A DNA stretch of 64,000 nt from Antedon mediterranea (GCF_964355755.1 NC_092677.1:7524101-7588100); one strand, 5' to 3'; shown: positions 27,873-43,500, numbered from the stretch's first letter. The notes: a model not told the origin generated them from the sequence alone. Translations and numbers: made by a program.

Positions 27873-27975
27873 TTATAAAAATGCGCCCTCTATTGGCAAA
27901 CATAGATATTGTATAATGCAAAAGAATAGGGAGTTTTACATTTTGGCAATAGAGGGCGCATGTTTTTAATTAATA
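27873..27975. repeat. Short inverted repeat / MITE remnant
   Basis: ATGCGCCCTCTATTGGCAAA ... TTTGGCAATAGAGGGCGCAT. Confidence 0.7.
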
Positions 27976-28367
27976 ATCTTAAAATCGTTCTAATTAATTA
28001 ATGTGCAACTTTTTTCACTGGCGAGTTTGGTTTTTATGATAAGATATATGTGTAGAACAATTCTGCAAAAAATGAGGTAGCTGCCAGACGGGTGCCACGA
28101 TATTTAAAAACTAAGCCACTTTTCAGTGTTCAGCCCATGGTCTAACAGTGGGGGTTATTATACAATATGCAACATTCCGTATTAGGCCTATACAGTTGGA
28201 TAAAGAATAGATGTTAAAAACATCTTTCCCCGGCTGTACACGTTAAAGTTTCTGCAGTTTTTCTTATTTTGTTCTATCTTGGAAAGACATAATCTTGGGG
28301 TAATAATGTAGGCCTACATCGTTAGGCCTATAGTTGCCTAGTCCATATTCTCGTTTCGTGACGATAT

Positions 28368-28523
28368 TTATTTATTAATTAGACCAATTCTCTCATCTTC
28401 GTTATTTTTCTGCTCTGACCAAACTTGCTGTTCAGCTTCGGAAAACATGATAAAATACACCATTCCTAGTAAATTGATTCCACCCGTTAAAGAGAATAAG
28501 ACAGTCCATCGTTCGAGAGAATT
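28368..28523 (-). CDS. SLC17: SLC17-like last exon (NSLERWTVLFSLTGG...EDERIGLINK*)
   Basis: CAG acceptor, phase 0, TAA at 28370-28368. Confidence 0.9.
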   Translation of the reverse strand, partial: NSLERWTVLFSLTGGINLLGMVYFIMFSEAEQQVWSEQKNNEDERIGLINK

Positions 28524-31500
28524 CTGAAAATAAACATTTTATTGACATAATTATCATGGTGAGAAGCACGTTCATGGATATCTTAATTCAATTATCTCTT
28601 CTCCTCATAACATTTATCTACAGATGCTGTTATGATCAAATCAAAGCCTTAAATAAAGAAATGAAAATTAATAAAGAAATGGTTCGTTAAGTAAAAATCT
28701 ATAGTGATTCCGGATTAGCCCTAGTACAGGCCTAAGTTTATTTTGTTGTGGTAAAATAGCCTACGAATGGTGGTTATATTTAGCCCTACCTGTTCTTTAA
28801 TTAGAAGTCCAGTGACAATCGGGATGATGATTCCGGTGCAGCTTGCAAATGTCTGTGTGGCGGCCGCCACAAATCCAGCATATTCGTCGGTTATATCCAT
28901 TGCGTTTGGTAAAACCGAAGCACTATTAAAACCACTCGCAGCGAAAAACACAATATACAGAATCTCAACCGCCAATACATTATAACCAGTGACAACAAGT
29001 GGAATAAAACCGACAACAGATAGGACAACACCTGTTTCAAATCAGACATTAGAAAAATTTAAAGTTTAAACTTTTAATAATTTTTAAACTACATCGTTTA
29101 AAAGTAAATGAAATTACCTTCGCTTAGATTTCACTAAAGTTTTAAAAACTGCACTGTAAAAGATTAGGCCTACCTAATACAAGGAATAGATGTCTTGTTT
29201 TCAGAATACTAAGGTATTTTTGTTGAATGATATAGTCCGCAACAGCAGCAGACAGTAAGCCAGTCACTGCTGCAATAAAACTTGGCAATGAGGTTAACAA
29301 ACCAATCTAAATGATAAACAATAACATTATAAGAACAACTTAAAATGAGTGAGACTTAAGTGATAATCTTACAGCTCTAACTAGATTATCAGAATAGGAA
29401 ACATACTGAAACTATTTTAAAGAATTAAGTTTTAAGTATATCTTTTATCCGTCTCACCTTATTTACATTAACCCCAAACATGTTCGAAAAAAACGTAGGT
29501 ACTTCAATTAGAAAGAAGTTGAAAGCAAACGTAGTAGAAAACCTTGCAACGGCAATGGCCCAAACCGGCTTCGACGTGAATATATCGTATAGTGGAATCG
29601 CACGTGACTGAAAAAAAGTAATTGAAGGTATTTCCAATAGTTTTTTTCTAATATCCCTACAAATGCTTGCAAACTTACTAATAGCCCTATACGCTACTTC
29701 ATCAAATTATTACATTTTTAATTTCCCCCCTGCGAGCTATTTTTACACGAGTTGTAATTATGGTCGATTTTTGATATTTGAAATAAAAGTTTAAAAAATA
29801 CAAACAAAAGTTTGATAAAATTGTCTAAAGCCTTGTGTATAGCCTATAGACTATCAAACTAGTTTGACATAATAGTGATGTGCCCAAATATGGCATCACA
29901 TTCTTTTGTCACATTTAATAGTAGACAAAGCTCTGGTTATATTATGCTTTATTAGTAAACTTGATCAAATTGTGCAAACTGCTTGTTGGCTCATGTTTAG
30001 AAACTAAAGTTTAAACTTAAAGAAACTAGTGTAGAATGGAGGCAAAGGAAGGCATTGATACCTTATTCTTATTTGGTGTATTACTTATGTATTCATCTTG
30101 CTCCGCCGGTGACTCTGAAACGAATGTTATCCACAGAATTGCTAAAACAGCTCCAAACATACCTTTAACACATAATGAAAAAGTAAAAATAAACCCGAGT
30201 TAGAGCCAATCTTGATTGCTACACTCGCCGCGTTGCAACATGACCGGTATTCAAATCATAAGATATTCATGACTCGCATCTAAATTATTTTAGTGGAATT
30301 GGTCAGAAGACTGCTCTGGCTACACTAACAAACTAGTTTGACAAAACATATGTGATGTGCCCAAATATGGTAGTGATATACCCAAATATGGTACAGTAGT
30401 ATAATATGACATCATCATTTCCATATATGAGCACAGTTGTTTTTCATATAAAATTTGATACTAGTGTAGACAAAGCTTTAGGATAAATACTATAAGGACT
30501 TTTAGAAAAAAAAATCGATTTTATTTCAAATGGGAAATAAACAAACATAAGCAGGATTCGGGGGATTGAATTTGACTTAGGCCTGGTAATTGGCTGTGAC
30601 GTAGTTGACATAATCTCTATACCCTTTCAAATTAAAAGTATTTCAATGAAGACACAACATTGTGTATGATTAAAAACATTAGTTAACAGTCTATTAACTT
30701 TAGTGACGTTTAGCTTTATTTGTTATAATAATTCAAATATCAAAATACGTATTAGATGTTGAGGAAAACGAAATTCTTTACTGTATATATAAAACGACAT
30801 TGGCCATCCTCCAATCTTGTACGAGGAACAGATCAGTCCGGTCGTATAACTTGCAATCACGCCTCCAAATGCCTTGCCTTTAAAATAGTATTTAACATGT
30901 GTAATATGACGTAGCAGAAAAAAAAAACATTGGTGTCTACGCAACGCAAGGACGTAAGCGAAACGCAAATGAGTTGACCAATAACAAACGACAGTTCAAA
31001 TATCGCTTGTGATTGGTCAAACTACTGGCGTTGGGCTTACGTCACGTTTTCGTCACGTTTTATAGCAATCATAATGTACTTTTAGGAAGATTACTACAGG
31101 AGTAGTCTCAGAAACCGTTATGAATGTACACTACGAATCAGATGTTTTTTCACCATTTCTCTCTATTAACATAGATGCATTTTTTATTTAAAAATCATGA
31201 TTGCATACCAGCAAATACTATTGATACCATTACACTTCGTTCACCGACATTAGCCCATTTGCTCAATAAAGTGAAAACAGCAGGAATCATCATGCTCTAA
31301 ATAAATTAATTAAAATTGGTTAAAGCCCACAAACACATTAAAATAATATTACGTAGACAGCATTGCTCCACTGCTATAAGAAGAATGGTACATAAATGGT
31401 GAACAACCAATAAGAGTAAAAACTGTACCACAAATCAAATATTGACTATTATTTTGATACTATTTAGGCCAATTTTTTTGAAATAATATTTTTCTTTCTA

Positions 31501-34500
31501 TAGATATTTTTACCTGAAATAAAGAATTAATTTGCAATGTTTGAACAAACCTTAATAACGCCGTCCAAAATCCGTAATGTTATAAGTAGACCAACATGTA
31601 CACTCGCTGCCCATGGTGATAAAGCTGAGATCAAACTCATCGAAATTATCACAAACGTAATTATACATTTTCCTCCTAGTTTAACCGCCAGAATGCCTCC
31701 TGGTATTTGCATGACAGTATATCCATAATAAAATGCTCCAAGTAAGGTCTGCTGTGTCATTTTGTCCCAATCATAGGTTGGTATCTGTGATACAGTGAAA
31801 CCTCGTGTAAGCGGACAGATCGGGCAAAATGACAAATTACTAGGCAGGGCCAGGATCTGTCAAGGGGGGTGGGGGGGGGGGGTGTTTGGATACTAAGTAT
31901 TTGGGACACTGCTTCCCTGTGACCTGAGGGGGAGAAGCGAATTTTGTTAAATGACACCCCTAGAGGGACGGAGATGGTACTCTCGCACATAGCATTCATG
32001 ATAAATGGCACCTCTAATTGGTCGGAAAAGACATTCTCACCCAGCATGTTACCAATGAGCAAAACGATCGTATTTTTTCCTCCTCCTCACACACGTGGAC
32101 TATTTAACCGCCGATTGTTTGATCATTCATTCGGTATTTTGTTTTGCGTTCAAGTTCAATGTGAACGTACGTCAGCTGGGAATCCCCGAAAAAGCACACT
32201 TTGGGTAAGTAGGCAAATTCATAGTCTGGGTTCCAGACGGAGTTTTGTCTTAATATTAGTAAAAAGATTAATATTTTGGCACATATGGCGTTTCATACGT
32301 ATACTACTTGATTTTGGATACTCCGTCTGGGGAAACACGCACAAGTCACGTGGTTTGACACCAAGAATTCTTGGTGCATACGATTATCCGGTTGACTAGT
32401 TTCAGCTGCATGCGATTGGCTACTCACTCGTACACCGTTTTAATATTCATATTTCAGAATTTCAAAGACTCAACAACTAAGATGATGCGCATGCGCTATG
32501 TTACGTTTAGACAACGTGTACTTGGGTACATTTATGAAAGTTTCTGAAGGCTAGACATAATTTTATATGCCTAGTAGTCTGGTAAACATTAGATGGGATT
32601 TTTCCCAAGAACATGAAAACTCGTGATATGATAGGCTAGCTTCTCCGCAAATCAAACATTGAATGGATCATTTATTACGCGGAGATAATTTTGATTTAAT
32701 TCCCACCCAGACCCTGTCCTGTTCTGTGTGGTAGTGTAGCCCTGTTGTTGTGTGCCGCCGGTGGTGGTATGTAGGCCTACTTTATTGGCGTTTTATTTGG
32801 CAGGTCATACGTGCGAATTGAGTAGGACCTACGAAAGAGGCCTAGGCCAAGGACTAAACAATTAACGCCGTGGTTAGGATTCCGGCACCGGAACTCAACT
32901 GCCCAGCGTTAGGGAATCCGACACGCTATTGCGCATGCCCAGAGCGAGGTAATCGGCGACTCTATACTTATCAACAGCGATGGATTATTTCATAGCTGCG
33001 CCACACGGCGAACTAGCCTAGATGCCTACTAATAATATGGGATCCACTAATCTAGGCTAGGGCTACCAGTTAGACTACGTGACCAGTGGGCCTATAGTAT
33101 TTATTTTGTAATTAAAAAGTGGTTGCTTCATTCATATATAAAATTCATATCATTATGAATTATATAATTACATGACTAGTTTTATGATTTTTCATAACGC
33201 ATTATACTGTACATATACAACATGCAATCACAAGTTGATTTGTTGACGGCAGCGCAGCCACCGCGTGGATGTGAAAAAAACTGTTCGGGAAGTCAGGGTC
33301 GCAACGCTAAAAACAGCATTACGATTCTTAGATAGATACTGATACTTATTAATATCATTATAATTATTTTAACGCGTGGCGTAGTCATATTTTAATTATT
33401 AATTCATGTATGGCATAGGCCTAGGCCAAGTTTCATCCATCGCTCTCTCGCTCGCGCAACGACTATCTAGGCTACAGTAAATCCCTATAACACTAGCTCC
33501 GACTCTCCGTGGTGTGGCACTATTATTAGTGTGCAAGCTATAATTCACTTCCCAGAGCTCTGGGCATGCGCAATAGCGTGTCGGATTCTCTAACGGTGGG
33601 CAGTTGAGTTCCGGTGCCGGAATCCTAACCACGGCGAACAATTAATAAACAAAACAACTTGGCATTACGATTTTATATTTCAACAGTCTCGATCGTACAT
33701 TCAGCACTGTACGTACTCGATCTTTTTCATTTTGAAACAAAATGATCATTGGTTGATTCGAAATCCATATTTATATACCGCCCGCCCCATATAGCCAAAT
33801 ACGGTATGATAAACTACGTCATTCTTATCGGATGTTTGCGGTCTGCAAATCGATTTCTATACGTGTTTCACAAGTCTGTATTTTCAGACAAAAATCGCGG
33901 TCGAAATAAAAACAAATAAATAAAAAAAAAAAGATAATACAGACTTGGGGCAAGCCTAGCAAATTCAATGCTTATTATAGCTATACATATTTATTTACAG
34001 CAATTTATTGAGGAAATTAAATATATCAATGTTATATTTCGTTTGTCGATGATTATTTTTTTACGCAAAGTTCATGTGTGAATGCTTTTAGTAGTCGTCG
34101 TCAGAAGTTTATCGAACTAGTTATTTTTTTTTCAAAATGTTCCCCGCCACCTGCCCACCACACAGCCCAGGCCTAGTCTAGCCCCTAATACAATATAGGG
34201 CTTCCTACTAGATGATATTTTGTTGAAAAAAATACGTTTCACAAGACTTAGATTTAACATATCTGTAATCTACTGTATTTCGTCCATTGACAGCGTTGTA
34301 GAAGCTGCTACTAGGCCTAGACCGTACTAGGCATACAGCGAATAGCCGTCTCTACTCCCCAGCGTGCGGGCTACAATATAGGGCCTAGCTAGGCTAGCTA
34401 GCTAGGCTTCTTAGACGGTGACCAGGCACCACCTAAAACTAACTGTAAACATCGAAGTCGCATTTTGATATTCGAAATTGTTAACATAATTACATTAACG

Positions 34501-37500
34501 GTAGGTGATTCATAAATCAAGCCCGTAGCCAGGGGGGTTCGTAGGGTTCGAACGAACCCCCTTTTTCCTGAAGTGCCCTTTCAAACCAGACTTGCCTAGG
34601 CATAGGCCTATAGCTCATATGATGATTTTTTTTGCATTTTCTGTAGTATAGCCAGCAGGCAAATGTTACTTTTATTACTAAATAGCAAGATCGTATCATA
34701 AAATAGCTAGGCTAGTAATCCCGCCGTTTCCAGTGTATTTCAATTTTTATTTTATTTACCAAAGAAAATTCGTGATTTTACATCATTTGCCGTCTCTGAC
34801 TTTAGTATTAGCCCCGCAAAAAAAGTTAGTTCATTTTAGTTACACTGCAAACGTGTTGCTTTTCGCCACTTGTGGTGTGTGGTATGGTTATTCTAGGCCT
34901 GCTTACATAGGGAGTTCTAATTAAGAACTCCTTGCTTACTTGATCCTTCTTGCGTAGGTCTCCTCTTTGTGACCATCACTCTTTTTACACAATAAAAGGG
35001 AATTTCCAAAAGCGACCAGTCCATCATTTTTACGGACCTCAAACCAGCAATTAACGTCGCTAAACCAAATGGTTTCTTTTATTAAACAAATCAATTTGTA
35101 TGTAAAAAAATATAGTTAATAAAAAAACAATATTTAATAGTAGGCCTAAATAATGTGTAATAATTGGAGAAAGAGATTCTTCACTTCTGTCTTTGATGAT
35201 TCTTTTCCCCAAAAAATGTCAACCATTTTGGTTACTAAAATACAGGTGGTTAAACATGTTCTGTCATCTTTCCTGCTGCTGCTCTTCTAGTATAGCCAAA
35301 GAATATGGTATAGCCATAGCGTGTGTGGCAGCCCTTTGTAAACACAGCCATTGACAATCAAATAACCCTTTTTAAGGCACAATATTAACTTTAAAATGAT
35401 TGTATTTTATTATCAAGATTTTGTTGACTATTTTGCTATATTTTGTTATATTTGTACTGTATTAGTCAAATACATGTAAATAACTCCACATTTTCTGTCC
35501 GATTTTTTAGGCCTAGCTAGGCTATCCCCTACCTACTTTAGCTAGCCCAGCCAGGTCAAGTAGACAAGGAGACGTGATGGACTGAAACATGCCAGGTGTG
35601 TGTAGGGCACAGTCATGTCGGACAGCAACAGTTTGGTATGATGCCGTGGTGCGGTGTACAGTATCAGCCATATTTTCTACCAAACATCCTGATATTTTCA
35701 ATAACACTAATTTACAAGCATCTAGCGCAGGGGCAGACCCAGAGGTGTTGCCTTAGTGGCCCGGGCAACGCCCTTAATTTCATACTAAATGTTGTTTCTG
35801 TCACTAAATTAAAATTGAGTCCCATTTCTTCGTATACAATATCCATCCATATTTATACGTTATAGAAGTCCAGTCTGAAAGAGAATATTTGTAAATTGGC
35901 ACAGCAGTCACCAATAGGCCTACTATACCGCGCACAGATAAAAGTAGATAAGTTTCTGAGCATACGCAGGATAAATTTCTGATTGAATAGTTTCTTGTGG
36001 TGCGCGTGTCTGAGAGCAGGGAGACGTAGGATGTATCTCTCTCTTGATGAGAGGTACGAAAGGAGGCCAACACACACTGTTTTCGGGAAAAACCCGTCAT
36101 ATGGGTCGTCAATTTGTTCATAATTATTGCGTTTTTCCATAATTTAAGGCCAAATCATAGTTTTGCGTATAGTTTTATTTTTCCGTGTAGTACCCAGTTT
36201 ATCTTCATTTCCGTATACGTCCGTAATATGAGGCCGAATTTCAGAATTAACCGCGCCGGTAGCTGAGTAAACTCGGAACTTGATAGACTTAGTCATAAAG
36301 TAGTTACAGAGTTTTACGGCAATTTATCATTGTTCAATGTTTTGTTGTTAGCTTATTGTTAAGAAGTAAGTCTGGCGCCAACGAATTTAGCGACCTTCAC
36401 AACCAAAATGTTTCTTTGTAACAAAAATTATTTTAAATGGAACGCTACAAAAACAATCCTCCGCTTCATCAGTGCATGAATACCAGACAAGATCGTATCT
36501 TTGTTACGTTTTACTATCAATCCATTTTCATATCACGTAATCCATTTTCAACAATATAGTAGTATAATAACACTTTGATTGAATAGTGAGGGATTAGTTA
36601 CAGTGTTGACTTTGAATAAACCATTGGTAATTTACTTAAAATCCAAAATGAACTTGTGTTATAATATAAGCAATAAAAACTATCACAGATTTCCTCTAAT
36701 GGATCAAGCATTCACAAATGAACTTTGCGACAAAACAAAAATATAGCTTATATTCATTCCTTTTAAATATTAGGCATATTACCGAGGCTGATAATCGATT
36801 TGTCCATAATTATTGCGTTTTGCCGGGGTTTTTCCATAATTTAAGGCCAATTTTTAGGCCAAATCATAATTGTGCGTATAGTTTTTTTTTCCGATGCGTG
36901 TAGTACCCTATTTATCTTTGCTTCCTTCTGCAAATGTCATATCATAATTGTCTTTGTTTTATTTTGGAGTGTGGTTTAAACAACACTTTTTTAAAGATTA
37001 TAGTGGATAAATAAAAAATGAATTTTTGAAATTGTGGTTTTAACATCTGACTTTATTTAGCATTTAATTGAAAATAACACAATTTAACGTTTTGCGCAAT
37101 ATATTTATAGCAGCAGCTTCATATTTTTTGTATAACTTTTTAAAATTATTAATTGCTAATAAATTTACAATAATTGAGTACAGTTATTAGAATGTAATAC
37201 CGTACCAGAAGTACTTTCATCGGAAACTTCCCCGTGACGTTCGCATTGAACGAAAACAAAAATGTTATCCTATAGGAGGCCTATTGTTAGTCGCGTATGT
37301 TTTATTACCGGTCGAATAACATTATGCTACGATCCTCTGTTTGCTCGCGCACTATAGAGTGAGTGACATTTCCGTCGAACTAGAGGTGCAATTTATTATG
37401 AATTTTACGTGCGAGAGTACAATGTAGGGGTGTCAGTTAACAATTTTCTTGCTCAAATACTCATTGTCTACAGCACTGGAGTCTTTGGGCAACCCTCTTA

Positions 37501-40500
37501 AAATAGTCCTGCGAGTCTGCGACCGCCCCTGTAGCGCTCTATCTTTTCCAATTTTTCTTACCTCAGCACCAACCATGATGAGGCAAGGTCCTGGGGCAGG
37601 AAACTCTTAGGAGAGGGGGGTGCTCTTGTGGCTGGTGACCAAGGGCGCGTTTATACAACACGCTATTACACGCATATTCTACACGCCTACGAAAAGTGTG
37701 TTGATAGAGATTCCGTGTAATGAGATTTTAATTGCAAAAAAGGCTACTTGGCTGAATCCTAAAATTTGGTGGATTTCCGGTCGCCGTTACCGTGTTGGAA
37801 GTGTCCTCAGGGTATATTTTGGCCTCTCGTTAAATTAGGTCGTAATATCAATCATGTCATGCGACATTGCTAACAAGATTGGGCCCATTTATTGCTGCTT
37901 CGCTGCCAGCAATCATCCTCCTACCACGTCTTACGCCTAGCCTAGTGGGGCCAACTCGTAGTGGTAGTAGGCCTCTATCGTTTCCCACTCCAAACAGAAT
38001 AAAAAATAACATCGCAAAAATGGCATCTTCTTCCATAGTGTATAGATGAAACAATGAAACCCTTAAAATAACTTTTATTAATTTAAATGAACCGAGAACA
38101 AAATAAATAACAATGCAAACGTGAACGAATACAATAATGAAAATGGTAAAAACCGCGCGAATACATCGGACAGCGAGGAGGCGACGATGATTGTTTGACA
38201 ACCCACCAGCCAAACAATTCAAGCGATCAACGATTTGACCTTTTATCCTAGCATAACGTTAAGGTGGGTTGACCTCGGTCCGAACAACACGCTAAAAAAA
38301 GCCGTGTTCAAATTTAGGGTGTTGTATAAACACGACCTGAGATTGTATTTTATTTACTGTAGGCCTAGCCTATACAGAATTTTAACTTAAATCATCTGTT
38401 AGCCTATGATTTTCTATTGAGTAAAAAGAGCACTTAGTGAGCGAGCGAATATTAAATATTAAAAAAATGTTAAGAAAAACACCGACCTTTCTTATAAAAT
38501 AAAAAAAAAAAAATAATTCACAATACCTACTTGATTAGGTCGATTTGTAATTGAATTAAAGTTGGATTCGTTGTAAGGCGCAAGTGTAAATGTTGAATCG
38601 TTTTTTTTAACCATCTCTAAAATGGCGATGTTTATGTTCAATCTTGTACAGTATGATATAATATTTACGAGACAACATGCCACTGATACGAAATACTGTT
38701 TCATTTTCTTTGAAACTTATTATTGTTATAGCCAGCTGTGTAATATATATTTACAACTTCATGACGTCATCGTTCGTCTACAGAAACCAACCTAAAGTGG
38801 AAAAACATCCAAACAGAGCTGTTCATGTATATTATATATATTATTGATTATATAAGATAATAAAATATAATTTTAAGTAGACCTGCTGATCGATACTTTT
38901 ACATCGATCGAAACATTTACAAACGCGTTAAGTTATCTATACTTACAGATTCGAAAGGCTAACTTCTCCAAACTCTTTTAGGTGGATTGTAATCAAATAC
39001 TTTCCATTTCAATCCTTTTATCATTTAGATATTTTTATAATAACAAAAGAAATGCGTTCAACCATGGAAGACGTACGTCTAAAATAAAATAGGCCAAGGA
39101 CAACGCATTGATTCGTCTATTTGTTATTTAAATATTTTTATATAGTTTATTTTATATCATTGTTGTAATACTTTGGGAGTACGGAACCTGAACTCTTGTT
39201 ATAGTGATTAGGTTCACTTTAACAGGAACCTAAATAAGTAGTAATTCATTGGACATAGCCCAAAGAAAGCTTAGACCCACAAGAACAAAGAATGTGTATA
39301 ATTTGTGTAGGCTTACTGTATTTTTTTAATTCTGCTATTTTATTATCAAACAATATGCATGTACTCAAAGGAACTTTAAAAATGCGCGTATATGAACACA
39401 TGAGATGGGAAGATTTGACCCACGAGAATAAAAAATGTATTTTTGTGTAATGTTTATTGACTTATTACTCGGATTGTGTCATTCACACACACGTCACACA
39501 CACCCAAACAGCTACTACTAGAATAGACTGGGTTTAGAGACTAATAATTAGGCCTAATAGTATTAATAGAAACTATAATTTTAACACGTATTTCTTTAGT
39601 AATAAATTATATTAAAAACACCATAAACTAAAGGCTGATTATTTCAACAATCCACACAAAACGCCGCTATTCTTCTATGAAATCGTACGCCGCAACAACA
39701 GCGGAGATAGGCCTAGAATTGTACCGCACTTGTGTAATGTAATCACTTCTTGTTGCTATACGCTTGGGTGAACACGGAACAAGAAAATTTAACTGATGAA
39801 TTATTCATGTTTATTTTGTGACGTTTCATGAGGGGGTCCCCAACTTATGTACGAAAAAAAAATTCGCTCCCGGGAGTAGTAGGCAATTTGTAAGTTTTAT
39901 AAATAGTTCATAAAATCTAATTTTTCTTCATTTAATTGTTTACCGATTTACAAACATACGCTCCACTTTCCCAATGGAACCGTAAATTGGTAGCGAAAAT
40001 TGCGCTCCGTCGGTCAGACTCTGCTGATGAAGTTAGGGAGCAAATGGAGTCGATATTTGGAAGTATGGCATACACATTTCTGCAGGTAATGATAACACAA
40101 AAAACACAAAAAAAGAAAGAAACACAAAAAAAACATGTAGGCCTATAACAAGTTACGGTACTTTCATAATAACAATTGTGTTACAATGCGTTATATTTTG
40201 TGTTATTTATTTTAGATACTACCTGGTAACAAAAAACTGTCAAAACCTCTATTTTCGAAAAATTGCCAGTTAAACGGCGAGACCGTTCTGTCTCTTTCAC
40301 CACAAGGCAGAATCTATTCCCTGGCACTGGAAGAGGTAAGTTTCCTAATATTACTTAAACATGCGGAACGATTCAAATTAAATGAGAGGGTTTGATAGTG
40401 GTTAACAACCTCATGGACTTACAAAATTAAATAAAAATTAAAAAAACATATTCAAATTGTAATTATAGTACCGGTACGCTTTACGTACTCGGTATAGCAT

Positions 40501-43500
40501 TACTATTTTCTAAACAGAGATACTCTGAAAAATATATAGTTGTTTATTATGTATTATGATTCTATAATTAAACTATATTTCAGACTACAAATACTAACAA
40601 AGAAGTGTACATAACCGATGACAAACCACTAGAACCAGACAGGCTTACTGACCAACCATTGGCGTCTTCGCCTCCTGCTTCGTCATCTTCAGTAACGTTT
40701 CTGGTCAATTTTAAAGTTTCCAACTGAATGTAATGTGTATTATTGTGTAGATGACTTCTAGAATAATACTGATAAGAATAACATCATAATACAACTATTA
40801 ATTCATACATTTAGAATTCATTATCTTTTATACATTTTAGGAATCTATCAGTGAACCACCAGAACCAAGGTCACCACCACCAATAGTAAGTTCCTCTTTG
40901 TTGCGACTTTGTGTTAGAATAAATCTTTAGCCAAGTTGATTTATATTTCTATCTGAGTTATTCTGAGTTGTTTTCAATACATAAACTTCTTTTAAAGCAC
41001 TTTTGCCTTTTTATGTTTTGATTTTCAAATTGTTCGATATGTTTTAATACTCTATATATAGTCAAGCTGATAAATTAGACATTGTACAACAGACTTACTA
41101 AATTTGTTTTTCATATTTCATTCGTTTTTTTAGACTCGATGTTCTTAAAATGGTTTTATTACCGAGCATATGTAATTCTTATTTTTCCTTATTCTCTTAT
41201 ATTGATAATTTCTTTAATAGTTTAATTTTGTTTAAATCCAAATTAAGAAATATTTGTAGTTGGTTTAAGGTGCTTTGTTTTGTTGATGTTCCAGTTGACT
41301 CGTATTACTATGGGCCTGTTTCTATAGAGCAGAGAATACGGTTTTGAATACCGTTCTTTTCAAGAACCGTTTTTTCTTGCCAGCAGAAATGGGTCCCCAC
41401 AAAAAACCACAAAAAAGAACCGATCTTAAAAACGGTTTCAAAAACCCCAATTGATTGCGGTCTCGATCGCAGAAAACCGTTCTGAAACCGGTTTCCGCGG
41501 AGCAATTTTTAGCTGCAACACAATCGCGGTCTCAATTTGACCCCAAAAACTGAACTCTGCAGTCTGCTGCTGCACTGGGATGATTGCGGTCAACTCGCAG
41601 TCAAACTCGCGCGATAGGACCTAGGCCTAAGTCATTTTTATTTCTCTAGATAGTGAGTATTTTATTTAACTAAAAAATGTTGACTGATGCCATTACGAGG
41701 TTCGTAAAAAATATGTGAAGGAAAGAAGATGAGGGGACTTGTCGGGAGTCGGAAGAAAGACTCACGTATTATAGGCCTACATGTTTTTAAGAATATTGTA
41801 AAGCGTGTGAAAAATAGACGAGTTCAACTTGACAATATCAGAGGGTGCGACGTACCTATACTTTAACCAAGGACCACAATAACGTTTCAGGTAATAATTC
41901 CCCCTTCTATGATGAAATGGATGCTATTTCTTGGGGATCGCGTTATGCGAAAAAAAGTAAACATGACCTCGATCAAATCGCGCTTCCGCCTAACGAACTG
42001 CATTGTGGTGTATATAATGACGTCATTCATAACGAACGCACATGGACGGAACCGGTTTTATTGGAGTAAAAATTGAGCTGCAACGCGATCTTTATTTATA
42101 AACAACAGCCGAAACCGGTTTCCAAAAAACCGTTCTTTTTTTATTTTTCAATAGAAACAGGCCCTATGTATTTCGTTCTGTGAGTGACTGAATTAAAAAA
42201 CGATAAAAGCTATTCATTTAGGCCTATTATCATTCCAGGAGAATGTTGAACTATCTTCGGAGCCAAGGTCACCACCTCCACCACCACCAGAACTGTCGTT
42301 TTATGTAGGTTGGGCTTATTCGACTATAAGTGATATTACTAGGGCATTGTATACCAATTACAGTACATTGCTAGAGTGCTTTGCTGTGTAACCAATCGAT
42401 TTATATACCAGTTAATTTTTTAAATATACAATAAAGTTATGAAGTAATCAGTGTAGATAGTTTAGGATATTTTGGAAAGTTGCATTTTTTTTTGCTATAT
42501 TTGATAAAATGTGGATATGTTGTAGAATAGACATCACTGAATCCAAAAAGTATTTGCTCCATTTTTTTTTTCATACGCAAGGGGGGTTGGCAGCCATTTC
42601 AAAATGGCCGCCATTTTGGACAAAATATTGTAAGTATATGGCATTAAAAGATGTTATCGAGATAGAAATTCAATCATAAAAGTAACAATAAATGTTCATA
42701 TACTATTTCACATCATTTTTGTAACTGAACAAGCCAAAATGGCCGGCATTATGCCCAAAATGGCTGCCATTTTATCCAACATGGCCACCATTTTATCTAA
42801 AATGGCCACATATATCAATCAAATATTTTTTAAAACTTTTATTCACATATATTTGGTAAAAATTAGATATGTTGTAGAATAGACATCACTGAATCCAAAA
42901 AGTATTTGCTCCATTTTTTTTTCATACGCAAGGGGGATTGGCAGCCATTTCAAACTGGCCGCCATTTTGGACAAAATTGTTTCAAATATTGTAAGTTTAT
43001 GACATTAAAAGATGTTATCAAGATAGAAATTCAATCATAAAAGTAACAATAAATGTTTAAATAATATTTCACATCATATTTGTAACTGAACAAGTCAAAA
43101 TAGCCGCCATTATGCCCAAAATGGCTGTCATTTTAGCCAATATGGCTACCATTTTATCTAAAATTGCCACATATATCAATCAAATATTTTTTTATTCACC
43201 TATATTTACAATTGGGTAATAGGCATAAAGTACAAAATATATATATGTTTCTTTTTCTGTTTAGGTGTGCAGAAAGACAATTTATAGGTGGTTGTTAAAA
43301 TACGGTCTTAATTACGAGAGGTTTACAAATATATCTGATGATGAACTTGCCAACATCATTCGACATATAAAGAAGACACACCCGAACGATGGGGAAGTAC
43401 TAATGGATGGCCATTTAAAAGCTAGAATTTCCCCAATTAAGATACAAAGACAAAGACTGAGAGCGGCAATACGTTTGGTTGACCCAGAGGGAGTTAAAAG

